From Eledone cirrhosa (Eukaryota): DNA of 64,000 nt. Position 1 is the first letter of the stretch. The number at the start of each line of letters is the position of its first letter. The stretch spans positions 106,082,001-106,146,000 of the forward strand of contig OZ024741.1 in the NCBI GenBank assembly GCA_964016885.1, given 5' to 3'. Positions 50,101 to 64,000 of the stretch are shown piece by piece. The translations under genes were made by a program, and so were the position numbers. Under the pieces are notes generated by a model, which saw only the letters and a program-made list of their open reading frames with translations, did no database searches and was not told where the DNA came from.

Positions 50101-53100
50101 GTTAACCCTGTTGTTACCATATTTCTTATAGAAGACTGTCTCTGATTTGTAAATAATTTTGAAAATAATCAAGAATCTGGAGGGATTTAACAATATAACA
50201 AACTTATTCATTATTAAACTGGTGTTTAGAATATAACTTAAGAAACGTTCTTGCATAAAATTATGATGCAAGGTTTTAGACAAAAATAGACACTTTAAGA
50301 CAGTTTTGAATCATAGAACCAGGATCAGCTTCAGATAGAGATCAAAAGGGTTAAAACACTAAACAAGAGTCAGCTCCTAAGAAATGTATCCTATATAAAT
50401 GTTTAGATAAATATAAATGATGCTCTAGATAGGGAAATCTATAGAGGCATTAAGTTGGTTGACCAAGTTATGAAGGTCACTGAAAGAGTCATAACCTAGA
50501 TGAGATGCAGTTTGAGTTTGTACCAAGTAAAAGTACCACAGATGCCCTCTTCCTTGTAAGACAATTGCAGAAGAAGTACCTAGCTAAGAATAAACCCCCT
50601 CTACTTGGCTTTTGTAGACCTGGAGAAAGCATTTGACAGAGTCCCATGTTCCATTATCTGATGGGCTCTTAGAAAACTAGGTGTAGACGAGTGGCTTGTG
50701 AGGGTAGTATAAGCCATGTACAGGAGAACAGTGAGCAAGATCAGAACTAACAATGACTATAGCGAAGAATTTAATGTGCAGGTTGGTGTTCACCAAGGCT
50801 CAGTTCTTAGCTGCCTCCTGTTTATCCTCATCCTATGGGCAATAACGGAGGAGTTTAAGACTGGCTGCCCTTGGGAACTTCTGTATACAGATGACATAAC
50901 CCTTATAGCAGAATCTATAGCTGAATTAGAGATGAAATTTCACACCTGGAAGCACGACCTAGTATCTAAAGGTCTTAAAATCAACTTAGCAAAGACTAAG
51001 GTTCTAGTAAGTAGAAAGGATGACAGGGTGACAGGACCCAGATCTCCTCAGAAAAATGGTCTTGTTCAGTGTGCAGAAAAGGATAAGGTAGCAAGTACAT
51101 CCTATGTCCCAAGTGCAAGCTATGCATACACAAGAGATGGAGTTGGATCCCAGGCAGGTTAATAAATAATGTTGGTTTTACATGCGGTCAGTGCACAGGA
51201 GCAATGAATAGCAAGAGCTCTCCGGATACAATCCCCTTCAAATCCCCAGAGAGCTCTATAGAAGGGGCAGATAGCTTCCGTTAACTAGGGGACCAAATCA
51301 GCAATGGTGGAGGATGTTCCAAAGTACAGTAGCCAGAGGGAGATCAGGTTAGAGAAAGTTCAGGGATCTACTACAAAAGGTTTTTCCCTCAAAATGAAAG
51401 GCAGACTGTACGATGTATGTATAAGAACAACTATGTTGCACAGCAGAGAGACCTGAAACGAAAAACGTTGCAACCGAAGGAAAACAGGAAAATGATACTT
51501 TGGTTCGTGAAGACGTTCCCTGGCATAAGAATATATACATACACACACTATATATATACATATATATATATACACACTATATATATATACACACACACAC
51601 TGATCGCGTCATAATGACGTAATGCAGACAGTCAGACATACAGACAGATATTATAAGGGCGCAACGTTTTATTTATGTATCTATCTAAGAAGAAAGACTA
51701 AGAATTATAGAGAGAGATCGATAAATCACCTAATTTCTCAAAACATTCACAGTACCATAAGTATTACATGTGTAAAGTTTGAAAACAATTGGTTCGGTGG
51801 TTCTCGAGTTTTAGTGAGCTGCCAGACAGACAGACACACGTTCTTTGTTTTAGATATATAAATGATTCAGTCATAACTACATCTAAAGCTGCAGTGACTT
51901 CATCAAGGAAAGATATGTATTTTGGCACTCTCTTTGGTGCATAAATTTGCACCAACCACATAAACCTTTCTTCAGCCTAAGCTTCAAGAGGCAAATCTTC
52001 GGTCCCAATGGGATTCAGTCCATAATACATTTTTTCAGGTAAGGACTTATGAGTATCCCTTTCTGGCACCACACCTGAATAGTGGAGTTTCCATCCTCCA
52101 TCCAAATCTCTACTACCAGAGCCATGGAACTTTGTTGAGGAAACCATGACTATATAATGTTCCAGTTACCAACTCTTAAGTTTTGGTCTCTTCCAGACTC
52201 TCTCTGAGGTCTCAGGATATGTATCATTTGTGCTTAGATCTCACACCTCTTAGGACAGATAGCAGGGCCATTGCCAGATCTTACAGCATTGGATGAAGAC
52301 TATAATATTATCTCAAAGGACAATGTGGTATGAATGCCTTTATTGTTTCCAACTATTTTTACAATGTTTTGGTGGTCTCATTTGTGCCAGTCACCAATTT
52401 GGTGCTTTTCTCAGACCCACAAAGACAAGGCTTTTTTAAAGACGGCCTTTACTTGCCTTGTAGCTACATCACTGGGTTGTGAGAGATTTCTTGGGAGCTA
52501 ACAGTGTTACCCATTGCTCCATTCCCCCTAGTAGTTTACCGTTATTGGTCTGGGGTTGCTTCTTTATGTAGCTGGAGCTTGCTTATATCACCTCTAACCA
52601 TAATATCTGGTAGCCATATTGCTATCTGCGACCTGTGAGCAGAACAGCTCTGCCAAGAACTAATCTTGTTTCAATGATTTTTTTTCTAACATTGACACAA
52701 GACCAGCAATTGGTGTCAGGGAGAAAGTTGATTATATATACCTCAGTACTTAGCTGGTACTTTATTTTATCAATCACAGAAGGATGAAAGGAAAAGTTGA
52801 CTTCAGTGGGATCGGAACTCAGAACATAGAAAATCGAAACTAAATAATGCAAAGCATTTTGTCAGTCACTCTACCTACACTGTTTATCTACCAACTTCAT
52901 TATCTTGTAATAATAATAATAATTGTTTCTACTTTTGGCACAAGACCAGCAATTACCCCAGTGCATTACTGGTGCTTTTATTTTTATCGACCATGTAAGG
53001 ATGAAAGGCAAAGCTAACCTCGGCGGGATTTGAACTCAGAACGTAAAGAGCCATAACTCTCTGCTGCAAAGCATGATGTTTGACGTTCTACCAATATTGC

Positions 53101-53869
53101 CAAAATAATAACAAGAATGGTTTCTGATTTAGGCAGAAGGCCAATTATTTTAGTTGATGGTAAACATAGATGAAATAAACTCTAGTACAATACTGGTACT
53201 TTATTTTATTGACCCTGTAAATATGAAAGGCAGAGCTAACTTCGGTGGGATTTGAACTCAGAACATAAAGGGTCATAACTCTATGCCGCAAAGCATAGTG
53301 TCCAACGCTCAACATATACTGCCAATCTACTGCCCTTATAATAATAATGATAATGATCTTGTGTTATTTCATTGCATATCAACAGCTGGTATCTGTTTAA
53401 TACAGAATACAGAAAAACATGTGTTTAACTTATGTTATTTATTTATGAATAAATTCACAACATCATATATAACAATCTTCTTCTTCAATAAAGACTTGTA
53501 TGTCATTTATTCATATTATGATATACATATTCAAAACAGTGAGGCATCCAAAATTAAAATATTGATTTCCAGAGGTTGACCCAGGAGATGGCTCTCACCG
53601 TTTTTCCATTGTTTTTTCGATTGTCTTTGACCTGTACATTCCACTGTAATGAGTTCATATTCTAAATACTTAAATTTTATTCCATTGAAAATCAAGCAAT
53701 CATTTTTAAAATATATGTAATTAAATTTAATAATTATTAAATATTATGGTTAAATAGAACTATGTGTATGAAGCTTAAACATTTGAACTTTGAAGCGCCG
53801 AGGAAATAAATTTATAGATGTAGGAGGCACAAATGCAGAAAATAACTGCAAATACAGTTCTTTATCTTC

Positions 53870-54120
53870 ATTTCTTCGCCCACTTATTCCTGAGAAGATT
53901 GTGGGGGGCAAGGTCCTCAAACACTCCTTCCAGCAGGTCCTGTCAGAAGCAACCATCTCCAACTGATCCAACTGGATCCCCAAGAGTGACCAGCCAGGCT
54001 CATGGATGTTATCCAACCATCTTGCTCGGGGTCTACTCCTGGGTCTCCTGCCTGTTGGTTTTGCCTGTAAAATCAGTCCAACGATTCTTTCCTGAGACAT
54101 TCTAACCACATGCCCATAAA
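53870..54120 (-). mobile_element. RTE (Expander-like) LINE 3' end
   Basis: YGHVVRMSQERIV..ILQAKPTGRRPRSRPRARWLDNI. Internally deleted in unit 1 (19040-19118). Confidence 0.85.
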
Positions 54121-55182
54121 TACAGTTAGTTGCTATAATATAGCTTATAATAATCGAGTAAACACAATTATAGACATTATTCATTTGGAATGGTTCTTTT
54201 AAAAGTGCAGTTCTGAAGGTAAATTTCTGTGTACAAGTAACTTTATAGAATACTAGCTGGCCCGTCCGGCTGGTGGCCGACTAGGTATACCGGTATTTTA
54301 TCTTTTCAGAAATCCCCCCTCCATTCCAGTGCAAAGATACCACACGCCCTCTCAAGTCAGCGAGGGTGGGGGTAACGTGCTCTGATGTTGGGTTTGAATA
54401 ATTTTAGGATTCCCTAGTTCAGCAGCCAGTAAGTTAAAGAAAATTTATAGTTACAACAATAAAGGCTGAACAGAGAACACATTTTTTAACAAACTTTACA
54501 ATAATTTGTACAACCATAATGGAAATTCCAAGTAACAGAAAATACATATATTACATTGTTAGAGCCTCAGAGTATACAATATTTTTTGTTCGGCCCTCGG
54601 GAGCAAAGATGAAGAGATTGTTTGGCGAGCTCACCCTAGAGTATCCTACATACAATTGACCATGGGAGAAGCATGGTTTTCCCAGAGGAAGGCCAGCCAC
54701 TTTTAGGGTTTGACCCTGAGCTTTGTTGATGGTAATCGCAAAGCTTAGTATCTCTGTTGCTCTAGTAACATTTTTTTCTTCTGGAAAATCTGATCTTGCG
54801 GACAGGCTGGGACTTTTTGGGTGGCATATCGGCAGTAACAATGAGGAAAGCCATCTCTGTTTTCTTGAAATAAATACGATTGTTTATATTTTGTTTTTGT
54901 GTATGCAAAAATATCTGTACACGAATATATAATTATATATATATATATATATATATTAAAATAACAGATTAAAGTTTAACGGGATCTTCTGAAACTAAAA
55001 AAATCAATCTGTGAACGCAGAAGTAAATATTTCTAAAAATGGTTACAACCGAAGGAAAACAGGAAGACGTTCCCTGGCAACGAATGGAAAAAAGTGAAGA
55101 TAATGGGTTCTTATATATTTGATATATATTTATCCTTATCAAGCCCTCTTTAGATTTTAGTCTTCACATTTATTATTATTAC

Positions 55183-55223
<41 letters not shown>

Positions 55224-56184
55224 TTATTGAGAGGGTGTGCGGTATCTTTGCACTGAATTAATTAAAAGTTGGTTAGAAGTGAAGTCAATGCAGACAGGCA
55301 GCCAGACAGACAGATATTATAAGCGTGCGACGTTATAGCTATGTATCTAATGCAGACAGCCAGATATACAGAGACATATTATAAGGGCGCGATGTTATAG
55401 CTATGTATTTATCTAAAAAGACAGACTAAGAAGAGAGAGGAATGTTGTATAACCGGAAGTGTTGACATTTGAACATTTTAAAGAAGTGAATATTTAAATA
55501 AACGACAAAATATCTTTAATCTTTTAACGAAATTTAGAAGACAAAAATACCCTCACTTTCTTACTTGGAAAAAGTTACATCTATGGTGCAAATTTGGTGC
55601 TGTTTGGTCCAGCCGTTTGGCGAAAAGTTTGTTACATACATACAGCCGTCAGCTTTATTATAGAATATGAAATAAGAAGGGAATGGAAGATATATAACTG
55701 AAAAGAACATGGAAAGACGGACAAATATAGAGATTATGATATGCTAAGGAACTAAATATTTTGTATATATTTTATATTCCTTCTTATGAACAACAGATGG
55801 TAGAAATTCATAGGTATTATCCTAAGGGGTCTTTAAAACGTCAATATTCTCACTGTTGTTTTGTTATACAACTTACTTCCCTGAAAAACGTAATTTTTTT
55901 TTGGAAGATATTTACACATTTTAAGAATATTTTCTTTAGTAAAACATTCACGCTCTTCTTAATTATACTTTCAGAATTGGTTAATTTAGCAGAACTAATC
56001 AGATTATCTTATTGCTATAAACCCATCTTTGCTATTATTTTTCTCGTGACCTATTTAGGTAGAGGTGAATGTCCGACAGTGAAATTGTTTATGGTTAAGA
56101 AGATTATATATTTGTAGGACATTGACTTCATAATTAGGGTGTTTAATTTACAATATTTACATTTACATTATATTTTTAGATAAT

Positions 56185-56353
56185 TGTTTCTACTTTTGGC
56201 ACAAGGCCAGCAATTACCCAGTACATTACTGGTACTTTATTTTATCGACGCCGTGAGGATGAAAGGCAAAGTTAACCTCGGCGGGATTTGAACTCAGACC
56301 GTAAAGAGACGTAACTATGCTGGAAAGCATGGCGTCCGACTCTCTACTGATAC
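56185..56353 (-). mobile_element. Unit-4-specific SINE insertion with TAGATAAT target duplication
   Basis: TSD at 56177-56184 and 56354-56361. Empty sites at ~21850, 32857 and 43620. Confidence 0.9.
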
Positions 56354-59300
56354 TAGATAATCCATCTCTGATAGTCCCCAAATGTCTCATTCCAAGAAAT
56401 ATACAAATTAGAAAGTTTATTTACTATATGCTTACACAATATTTCTATATAATCCATCTCTTCTAGCACCCAAATGTCTTAATCCTGGATATCTGTGTAA
56501 TTAGAGAGTTATTTTCATTATATCTACACAATATTTCTATATATTCCATTTCTGCTACTCTCCAAATTTCATTCTTGGATGTCTTATATAATTAGAAAGT
56601 ATATTTACAATATTATTTCCATATATTTAATCTCTGCTAGTGTCCAGGTGTTCTCTTCCTAGATGTCTATACAATCCCTGTGCCGCCTTGCATACACAAG
56701 TATCATACACAGAATATAGAAAAAGGGTGAGCTCCACAAGGTAAAATTATAGTGTCCTATCCTGAGGAGATATATTCCACATAGTTTAAGATGAAGAAGA
56801 CAGGAGATAAACTCTAATTTTTAATATTAATCCTTAAATAATTCATTTCTTCACATCACTATTTTTAATTAACTTTTTAGTATTCACTTCATTTATCGCC
56901 AGTACTTGTCAGAATAATTAAAATAATCATTAACTAATATTGTCATTTCTTCACATTATTTTTAAATAACTTCTTAACATTCACTTCATTTATCACCAGC
57001 ATGTCAGAATAATTTAATAATAATAATAATAATAAACTAATATTGTTATTTCTTCACATTACAATTAATTTTAAATAGTTTGATAATCTTAACACTACCT
57101 TGTAGAGAAACTAAATTCCTTACATTATTTTCACTTTCAAAGGGCGGTGGATTGGCAGTATCGGTAGAGTGTTGGACGCCATGCTTTGACGCATAGAGTT
57201 ACGGCCCTTGCCATTCTGAGTTCAAATCCTGCCGAAGTTAACTTTGCCTTTCATCCTTATGGGGTCGATAAAATAAAGTACCAGTAATACACTGGGATAA
57301 TTGCAGGCCTTGTGCCAAAATTAGAAACAATTATTTTTACTTTCATTTTAAATAAATCCTCAAATGGGATTATGCTATGTATAAGATCCCTTGCTATGAG
57401 GTCAATTGCCGAAAAATGTATAATCTTCCTAGCAACACAGTTTCTCTGAGCTGGTCATTCACCTGTACTTATAAACTAGGTCACTGGAAAGCTGAAAATA
57501 GGGAAAGATGGCTGCTTTCTGCAACAAATCATTGATTGAATTATTTATGCATAAATGTTCTCTAGAAGATATGAGAAAATATATATTTAAAAAAAAGATA
57601 GATTAATCAATGAAATAAATAACCATTTCTTGACAACAGTTAGAACATTGTTATTTTAAAAGGCCCCTAGGATAATTCCCAGAAATTTCTACCATCTGTT
57701 GTTCATAAGAAACAATCTAAAAATATATATACAAACTTTTGATTCCTTAGCATATTTTTATCTTCCTCCTTCTCTCTCTCTCTCCTTTTCAAATTCATAT
57801 CTTCTATTCTTTGTTATATATTTTTTTAAGTTAGTGTTAACATATTTCATGTGAATATTAAAAAAGTTAATTAAAAATAACATGAAGAAATGACAATATT
57901 AGTTAATACTATTTTAATTAATCTGACAAGTACTGGTGATAAATGAAGTGAATATTAAATAGTTAATTAAAAATGATAGTGATGTGAAGAAATGACAATA
58001 TTATTCAAAGATTAATATTAAAAACTAGAGTTTATTTCCTGTCTTCGTGTTAAATTATGTGGAATAATTCTCCTTGGGGATAGGACACTAGTCTGTTGTA
58101 AATATAATTTAACCTTATGGAGCTCACCCCTTTACAATAATTATATCTACTTGTCGATGAGTTCAAGAATCATTCACTAACAGGTATTTTATTATTGGAT
58201 GTATATATAGATAAAACATTCACTGTAAACTGTATATTTTTAGCAGAGTTAAAGATTAATATTGGTTTGGTTGCTTTGTTGATTTGTAGTAGCATAGTAG
58301 GGGAGTGAAGTTGGTGAGGGAGTTGTTTGTTGGTTAAGTAATGGCAAGTAAGTGAAGCATGTCACTTTGAATTGAAAAATGTTTTAAGAAACAAGTAGTT
58401 GTACCTGTTTCTTGAGGTGTGAAGTCATATTACCATGGGGAAGATGATTTACCCAAATTACATGAATAATTATTAACAAATGAAAAAGACACCATTAATT
58501 TAAATGTCTATATTTGGACATGATTTACTTTGAAACCAAGCCAGAATCAGTCCTGTATGAGCAAGACATAGTCACCTGACCTAGCATTGCCCACAACAGG
58601 ACAACCTGTCTAACTCATGCTAGCATGGAAAATGAACGCAAACATCCAGTCCACACTGTAAAGTGATTATGTAGGTGTCACAACAAAAAGCACCCAGCCC
58701 ATACTGTAGAGTGGTTGAGTAAAAGACATGGCAAAAAGCACACAGTACACACTGTAAATGTGGTTAGCGCTAGGAAGGTCATCCAGCTATAGAAAACCAG
58801 CCAGAAACAGTCCTATATGAGTGAGATTCGGTCACCCAACCCAACTTGCCTCTATATGGGACAAACCCGCCTGACCCATGCTAGCGAGGAACATGGACAT
58901 TAAATGATGATGATGATTATATATGTATATATATGTCCCCCAAAAATGTACAGGCAATATCTATTAGAATGCTGTTGAAGTGTGTATACATTTTTGGGGG
59001 TCACCCTGTATATATATATATCATCATCATCATCATCACCGTTTTACATCTGTTCTTCCACACTAGCAAGCGTTAGATGGATTGTCCTGTTGTGGGCAGT
59101 GTCCGGTCGGCTGACCTTGTCTTGCTCATACGAGAACTGATTCTGGCTTGATTTCTACAGGTGGATGCTCTTCCTACCCTCATTTACAGTGTAAATGTAA
59201 ATATTATAAAATAAACACACTAATTATGAAGTCAATGTCCTACAAATATATAATCTTCTTAACCATAAATAATTTCACTGTCGGACATTCATCTCTACCT

Positions 59301-60300
59301 AAATAGGTCACGTGATAAATAATAGCAAAGATGGGTTTATAACAATAAAATATTTGATAAGTTCTGCTGAATTAACCAATTCTGAAAGTATAATTAAGAA
59401 GAGTGTGAATGTTTTACTAAACACGTTTTTCAGGTAAGTAATATAACATAAAAGTGAGAATATTGACATTATAAAGACCCTTTAGGATAATACCTATAAA
59501 TTTCTACCATCTGTTGTTGATAAGAAGGAATATAAAATATATACAGATATTTGATTCCTCAATATATCTCTCTATATCTGCTTGTTTTTCCCTTTTTCTT
59601 TTCTTATTTTTTTTTTTGCACATTTATATCTTCCATGCCTTGTTATATTTTATAAAGTTATAACATATTTCTGTATTATTATAGAACACCCACTTCAATT
59701 TCTGTAGGGAAAATTTTTTCCTTATATTTTAACCAGTTGAGTTTTTTCAGGAAAAGAAAGGGGGTGCGGTGCATACCAACCTCCTCAGAGTTTTCTCTAC
59801 GATTTTCTTTTTTCATGTGTTATCAACGAATATGACCTCTAAACCAATTGGAAATGACTAGCTTTGTAGAAAAAAAAAGGTGAAAAGAGGCAGAAAGACC
59901 ATCAGAGTTTCGCAGATCTACACACCTCTCATGTTTGATGGAAATCATTATGATTCCTCAATTTCTTGGAGTGCTATCAACTAATCTGAACTCTTAAATA
60001 CTCACAGTTGACTTCTTTTCTCAGGTTAGGTTTAGGGTTAGGTTTGAGGTTAGGATAAGGTTTAGGTTAGGGTTTCGGTTTTCTGGGAAAAAAAGTTGAT
60101 TGCAAACATCTAAGAGGTCAGATTAGCTGATGGCACATGCAAAAAAAAAATAAATGAGAAAAAATAATTTTTTCCAACAAAATGCGTGAGATGTGTAGAT
60201 TTACGAAATTCTGATGGTCTTTTCACCCCCTTTTCTATAAATCTAGTCATTTATGGCTGGTTTGGATTGTCATATTCATTGATAACATGCAAAAAATAAT

Positions 60301-60644
60301 TGTTTCTACTTTAGGTACAAGGCCAGCAATTACCCAGTGCAGTACTGGTACTTTATTTGATCGACCCCGTAAGGATGAAAGGCAAAGTCAACCTCGACGG
60401 GATTTGAACTCAGATCGTAAAGGGACGTAACTATGCTGGAAAGCATTGTGTCCGACCCTCTACCGATACTGCCAATCCACCAAAAAATAATTGTTTCTAC
60501 TTTAGGCCAGCAATTACACCAGTGTATTACTGGTACTTTATGTTATCGACCCCGTAAGGATGAAAGGCAAAGTCAACCTCGGTGGGATTTGAACTCAGAT
60601 CGTAAAGCATGGCGTCCGACCCTCTACCGATACTGCCAATCCAC
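60301..60644 (-). mobile_element. Unit-5-specific SINE dimer with triplicated 11-bp target site
   Basis: CAAAAAATAAT at 60290, 60481 and 60645 brackets two SINE copies. Empty site at ~25601. Confidence 0.88.
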
Positions 60645-62731
60645 CAAAAAATAATATTGTGCAGAAAGCTCTGAGGATAATTCCCTCCTCAAAGTTTTCC
60701 TGAAAAAAAAGCGATTCTAAGCATCTTGGAGATTAAATTAGTTGAAAAAAAAAACAAGGAAAAAAATTTTTCTGACACTGAAATCAAAGGGGTGGGTCTA
60801 TAAATTAACCCATATTTCATGTGAATATTAAAAAAATAATTAAACTTAATTGTGATGTAAAAGAAAAACAATTCAGTGATTAATGTAAATTCACATTTAG
60901 TTGTGGTGAGGAATTTCATTATTCTTGTTATAACACTCTATAGAATAAACCTATTGGCTAAATCCAACACAGCATGTGTAAATTATACTGAATTAAATAC
61001 ATTGCACAGTTGTGAACGATTGTCTATTTGTATACATTTTTATACATCAAGAATTACAGGAGCTTGTGCAGTAATGCACCACCTTCAGTATTTAGTAATC
61101 AGAAGGGAGGTAGGTGTAAAAGCCACTTCGGTATTTATGCCAACTCTTACCTATGCTCATGAATCTTGGGTAATGACTGAAAGAATATTATTGTGGATAC
61201 AAGCAGCTGAAATGGGCTTCCTTCGAAGGGTCTTTGGAGTAATGTTACTCGATAGAGTGCCTAGCTCGGCGATCAGAGAGTCACACCAAGTTGAGCTGCT
61301 ACTTCTCCAAATTGAGAGATCACAGCTCCGATACTATGGGTATGCTGGACTGATTTTACAGACAAAACTAACTGGCAGGAGACTCATGGGTAACCCCAAG
61401 CAAGATTGTTGGATAACATCCATGAGCTTGGCTGGTCATGCTTGGGGATCCAGCCGGATGAGCTGGAGATGGTTGCTTCTACAGGACCTGCTGAAAGGAA
61501 TGTTTGAAGACTGCCCCCACAACCCACTCAGAAATAAGTGGGAGAAGAAGACAGGAAACTAAAAAACTATGATAATTTCTTACTGTCTGTGGTGATACTT
61601 TATTTATCTAAAAATATAGTCTAAAGTCTGTCTTGAGCAAAGAGACTCATCAGGCTGGGACCAATGCTGGTTTCCATGGTGTTAAGCAACTGAGAGTACA
61701 AGACTCCTCTCTGGACAGGATGCCAGTCCATTAAAGGGTTAAACCCCCATACTGCTGATACTCGTTTTCAGCTGAGTGTACTGGAGCCATGTTAAATGAA
61801 GTATTTTGCTGAAGAACACAACACACAACCCAGTCCAGGAATCGAACCCACAATATTATAAATGTAAGTTCAACACATTTACCACTTGGCCAAGTGCCTC
61901 CCTGATTGTATTTATAGCAGCTATTATTAATGGCTCTATTTAATCAGATACACCGGCTTGCATAAATGATGCATCCTTTATCATTAGTTATTACTGATGT
62001 GTTCGTTTTTAACACCATCATGTACTACAGAATATACTTATAGATTTATACTAACACTATTCATGTTAATCAATTAAATTTAATGAAATACTCTAGGTGG
62101 TTGTCTATTGACTGTCTGATTCTAATCAAATATTTTCATCAACAACGGGGTTCCTTTCTCTATGTTCTTTTATCAGTACCTGATTACCATTGACTAAGAA
62201 CCTTTTTTTAAAGATATTCAATGAAGGTTGATTATTACAGGCAGTGTTACCTGAAATCTATAAATTTATTCTATAGTACACCATAGTTTCAAAAACTAAC
62301 AGTGATAAGATGTCAGTAATTGTTTTGAATTGTCCAGTATATTTTGTAGACAATACATATTTTCCTATTATCATATATACACTTATTAAAGGATTTTGAA
62401 GTTTCTTTCCAGCTTTCTGAAACAGATTTGAAAAAATAAATTTTGATGTTATGAGAATTCATCAAATTAAAAAAAGTTTGATGTATCAAAATGTAATTTT
62501 TTTTTACCTGTCTGTGTGTTTCTCTTATTTTCATAAAAAATTTCCTTAATTCACTACTAAGGAATCATTTTGGTTTAGTAAATTGTAATATTTCTTTAAA
62601 TAAAACCAAATTAGACTAAAATTATTCTAGACCTATTTTTTTGCTTAAGATAAACTTCAAATTACATAAAACTAATCATCTCTTTGTTGGTTAACCCTGT
62701 TGTTACCATATTTCTTATAGAAGACTGTCTC

Positions 62732-63076
62732 ATCACCATCATCATTTTATTTTACGTCCTCTGTTTTCCTGCTTGCAAGGGTGGGGCGGGAACTGATTCT
62801 GGCTTGATTTCTACAGCTGGATGCCCTTCCTAACACCAACCTCATTTACAGTGAGTGCTGGGTGCTTTTTTGCCGTAGCACCTACACGTCCACTTTACAG
62901 TGGAATGATATGGACCCCAATCCCTATCATCTCATTACTACCGCTGAGTAAACTGGAGCAATGTGAAATAAAGTGTCTTGCTCAAGGAAACAACACATCG
63001 CATGGTCTGAGAATTGAACTCACAACCTTTCGATTGCAAGGCCAATGCTCTAATCACTAAGCAATGTGCCTCCATA
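62732..63076 (-). mobile_element. Unit-5-specific tRNA-CORE-RTE-tail SINE with TGTCTC target duplication
   Basis: Reverse complement of the 15979-16320 family. TSD at 62726-62731 and 63077-63082; empty sites at ~26864 and 50137. Confidence 0.88.
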
Positions 63077-64000
63077 TGTCTCTGATTTGTAAATAATTTT
63101 GAAAATAATCAAGAATCTGGAGGGATTTACAATATAACAAACTTATTCATTATTAAACTGGTGTTTAGAATATAACTTAGGAAACGTTCTTGCATAAAAT
63201 TATGATGCAAGGTTTTAGACAAAAATAGACACTTTAAGACAGTTTTGAATCATAGAACCAGTAGCAGCTTCAGATAGAGATCAAAAGGGTTAAAACACTA
63301 ACCAAGAGTCAGCTCCTAAGAAATGTCTCCTATATAAATGTTTAGATAAATATAAATGATGCTCTAGATAGGGAAATCTATAGAGGCATTAAGTTGGTTG
63401 ACCAAGTTATGAAGGTCACTGAAAGAGTCATAACCTAGATGAGATGCAGTTTGAGTTTGTACCAAGTAAAAGTACCACAGATGCCCTCTTCCTTGTAAGA
63501 CAATTGCAGGAGAAATACCTAGCTAAGAATAAACCCACTCTACTTGGCTTTTGTAGACCTGGTGAAAACTTTTGACAGACTCCCATGTTCCATTATCTGA
63601 TGGGCTCTTAGAAAACTAGGTGTAGACGAGTGGCTTGTGAGGGCAGTATAAGCCATATACAAGAGAACAGTGAGCAAGATCAGAACTAACAATGACTATA
63701 GCGAAGAATTTAATGTGCAGGCTGGTGTTCACCAAGGCTCAGTTCTTAGCTGCCTCCTGTTTATCCTCGTCCTACGGGCAATAATGGAGGAGTTTAAGAC
63801 TGGCTGCCCTTGGGAACTTCTGTATACAGATGACATAACCCTTATAGCAGAATCTATAGCTGAATTAGAGATGAAATTCCATACCTGGAAGCACGACCTA
63901 GAATCTAAAGATCTTAAAATCAACTTAGCAAAGTCTGAAGTTCTAGTTAGTAGAAAGTATGACAGGGTGACAGGGCCCAGATCTCCTCAGAAAAATGGTC

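Larger units (their letters stand above)
13000..64000. repeat. Tandem segmental-duplication array, ~11-12 kb unit, 4 full + 1 partial copies
   Basis: The marker 'gtgattaatgtaaattcacatttag' recurs at ~13824, 25832, 36723, 49104 and 60876. Approximate units are 13000-24920, 24921-35915, 35916-48296, 48297-59605 and 59606-end. Confidence 0.95.

Noticed and set aside
55761-56117. MY(I/L)FYIPSYEQQMVE ORF as a membrane protein
   Set aside because: TTG start, homopolymer frameshifts differ between copies, and it coincides with inverted arm A.

Overview
AT-rich, repeat-dominated eukaryotic DNA with no confidently identifiable host gene. The SINE/RTE families and (TA)n load resemble an octopus (coleoid cephalopod) genome, which is inference rather than a search result. 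The window has two parts. (1) Positions 1-13 kb are a nest of transposon remnants in (TA)n microsatellites: an RTE LINE fragment, tRNA-derived SINEs, hAT and other MITEs, a full-length but frameshifted Tigger/pogo transposon (6978-9482), a 200-N gap, and many short Penelope-like elements. These have tandem pseudo-LTRs, near-perfect fold-back palindromes and at least six unrelated type-I hammerhead-ribozyme motifs, several with unusually long stem II. (2) From about 13 kb to the end is a tandem array of ~11-12 kb units (four full and one partial) that are mosaics of one another. Each unit carries RTE and SINE debris (Helitron debris mainly in units 1 and 4), a nested multi-hundred-bp inverted-repeat structure centred on a conserved 56-nt exon-like segment, and a degenerate ~92-bp repeat. 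Copy-specific insertions include a GC-rich, uninterrupted, 5'-truncated Tx1/L1-clade retrotransposon (45238-47192) that replaced ~335 bp of its target. Most ORFs in the supplied track are microsatellite noise or pieces of decayed transposons.
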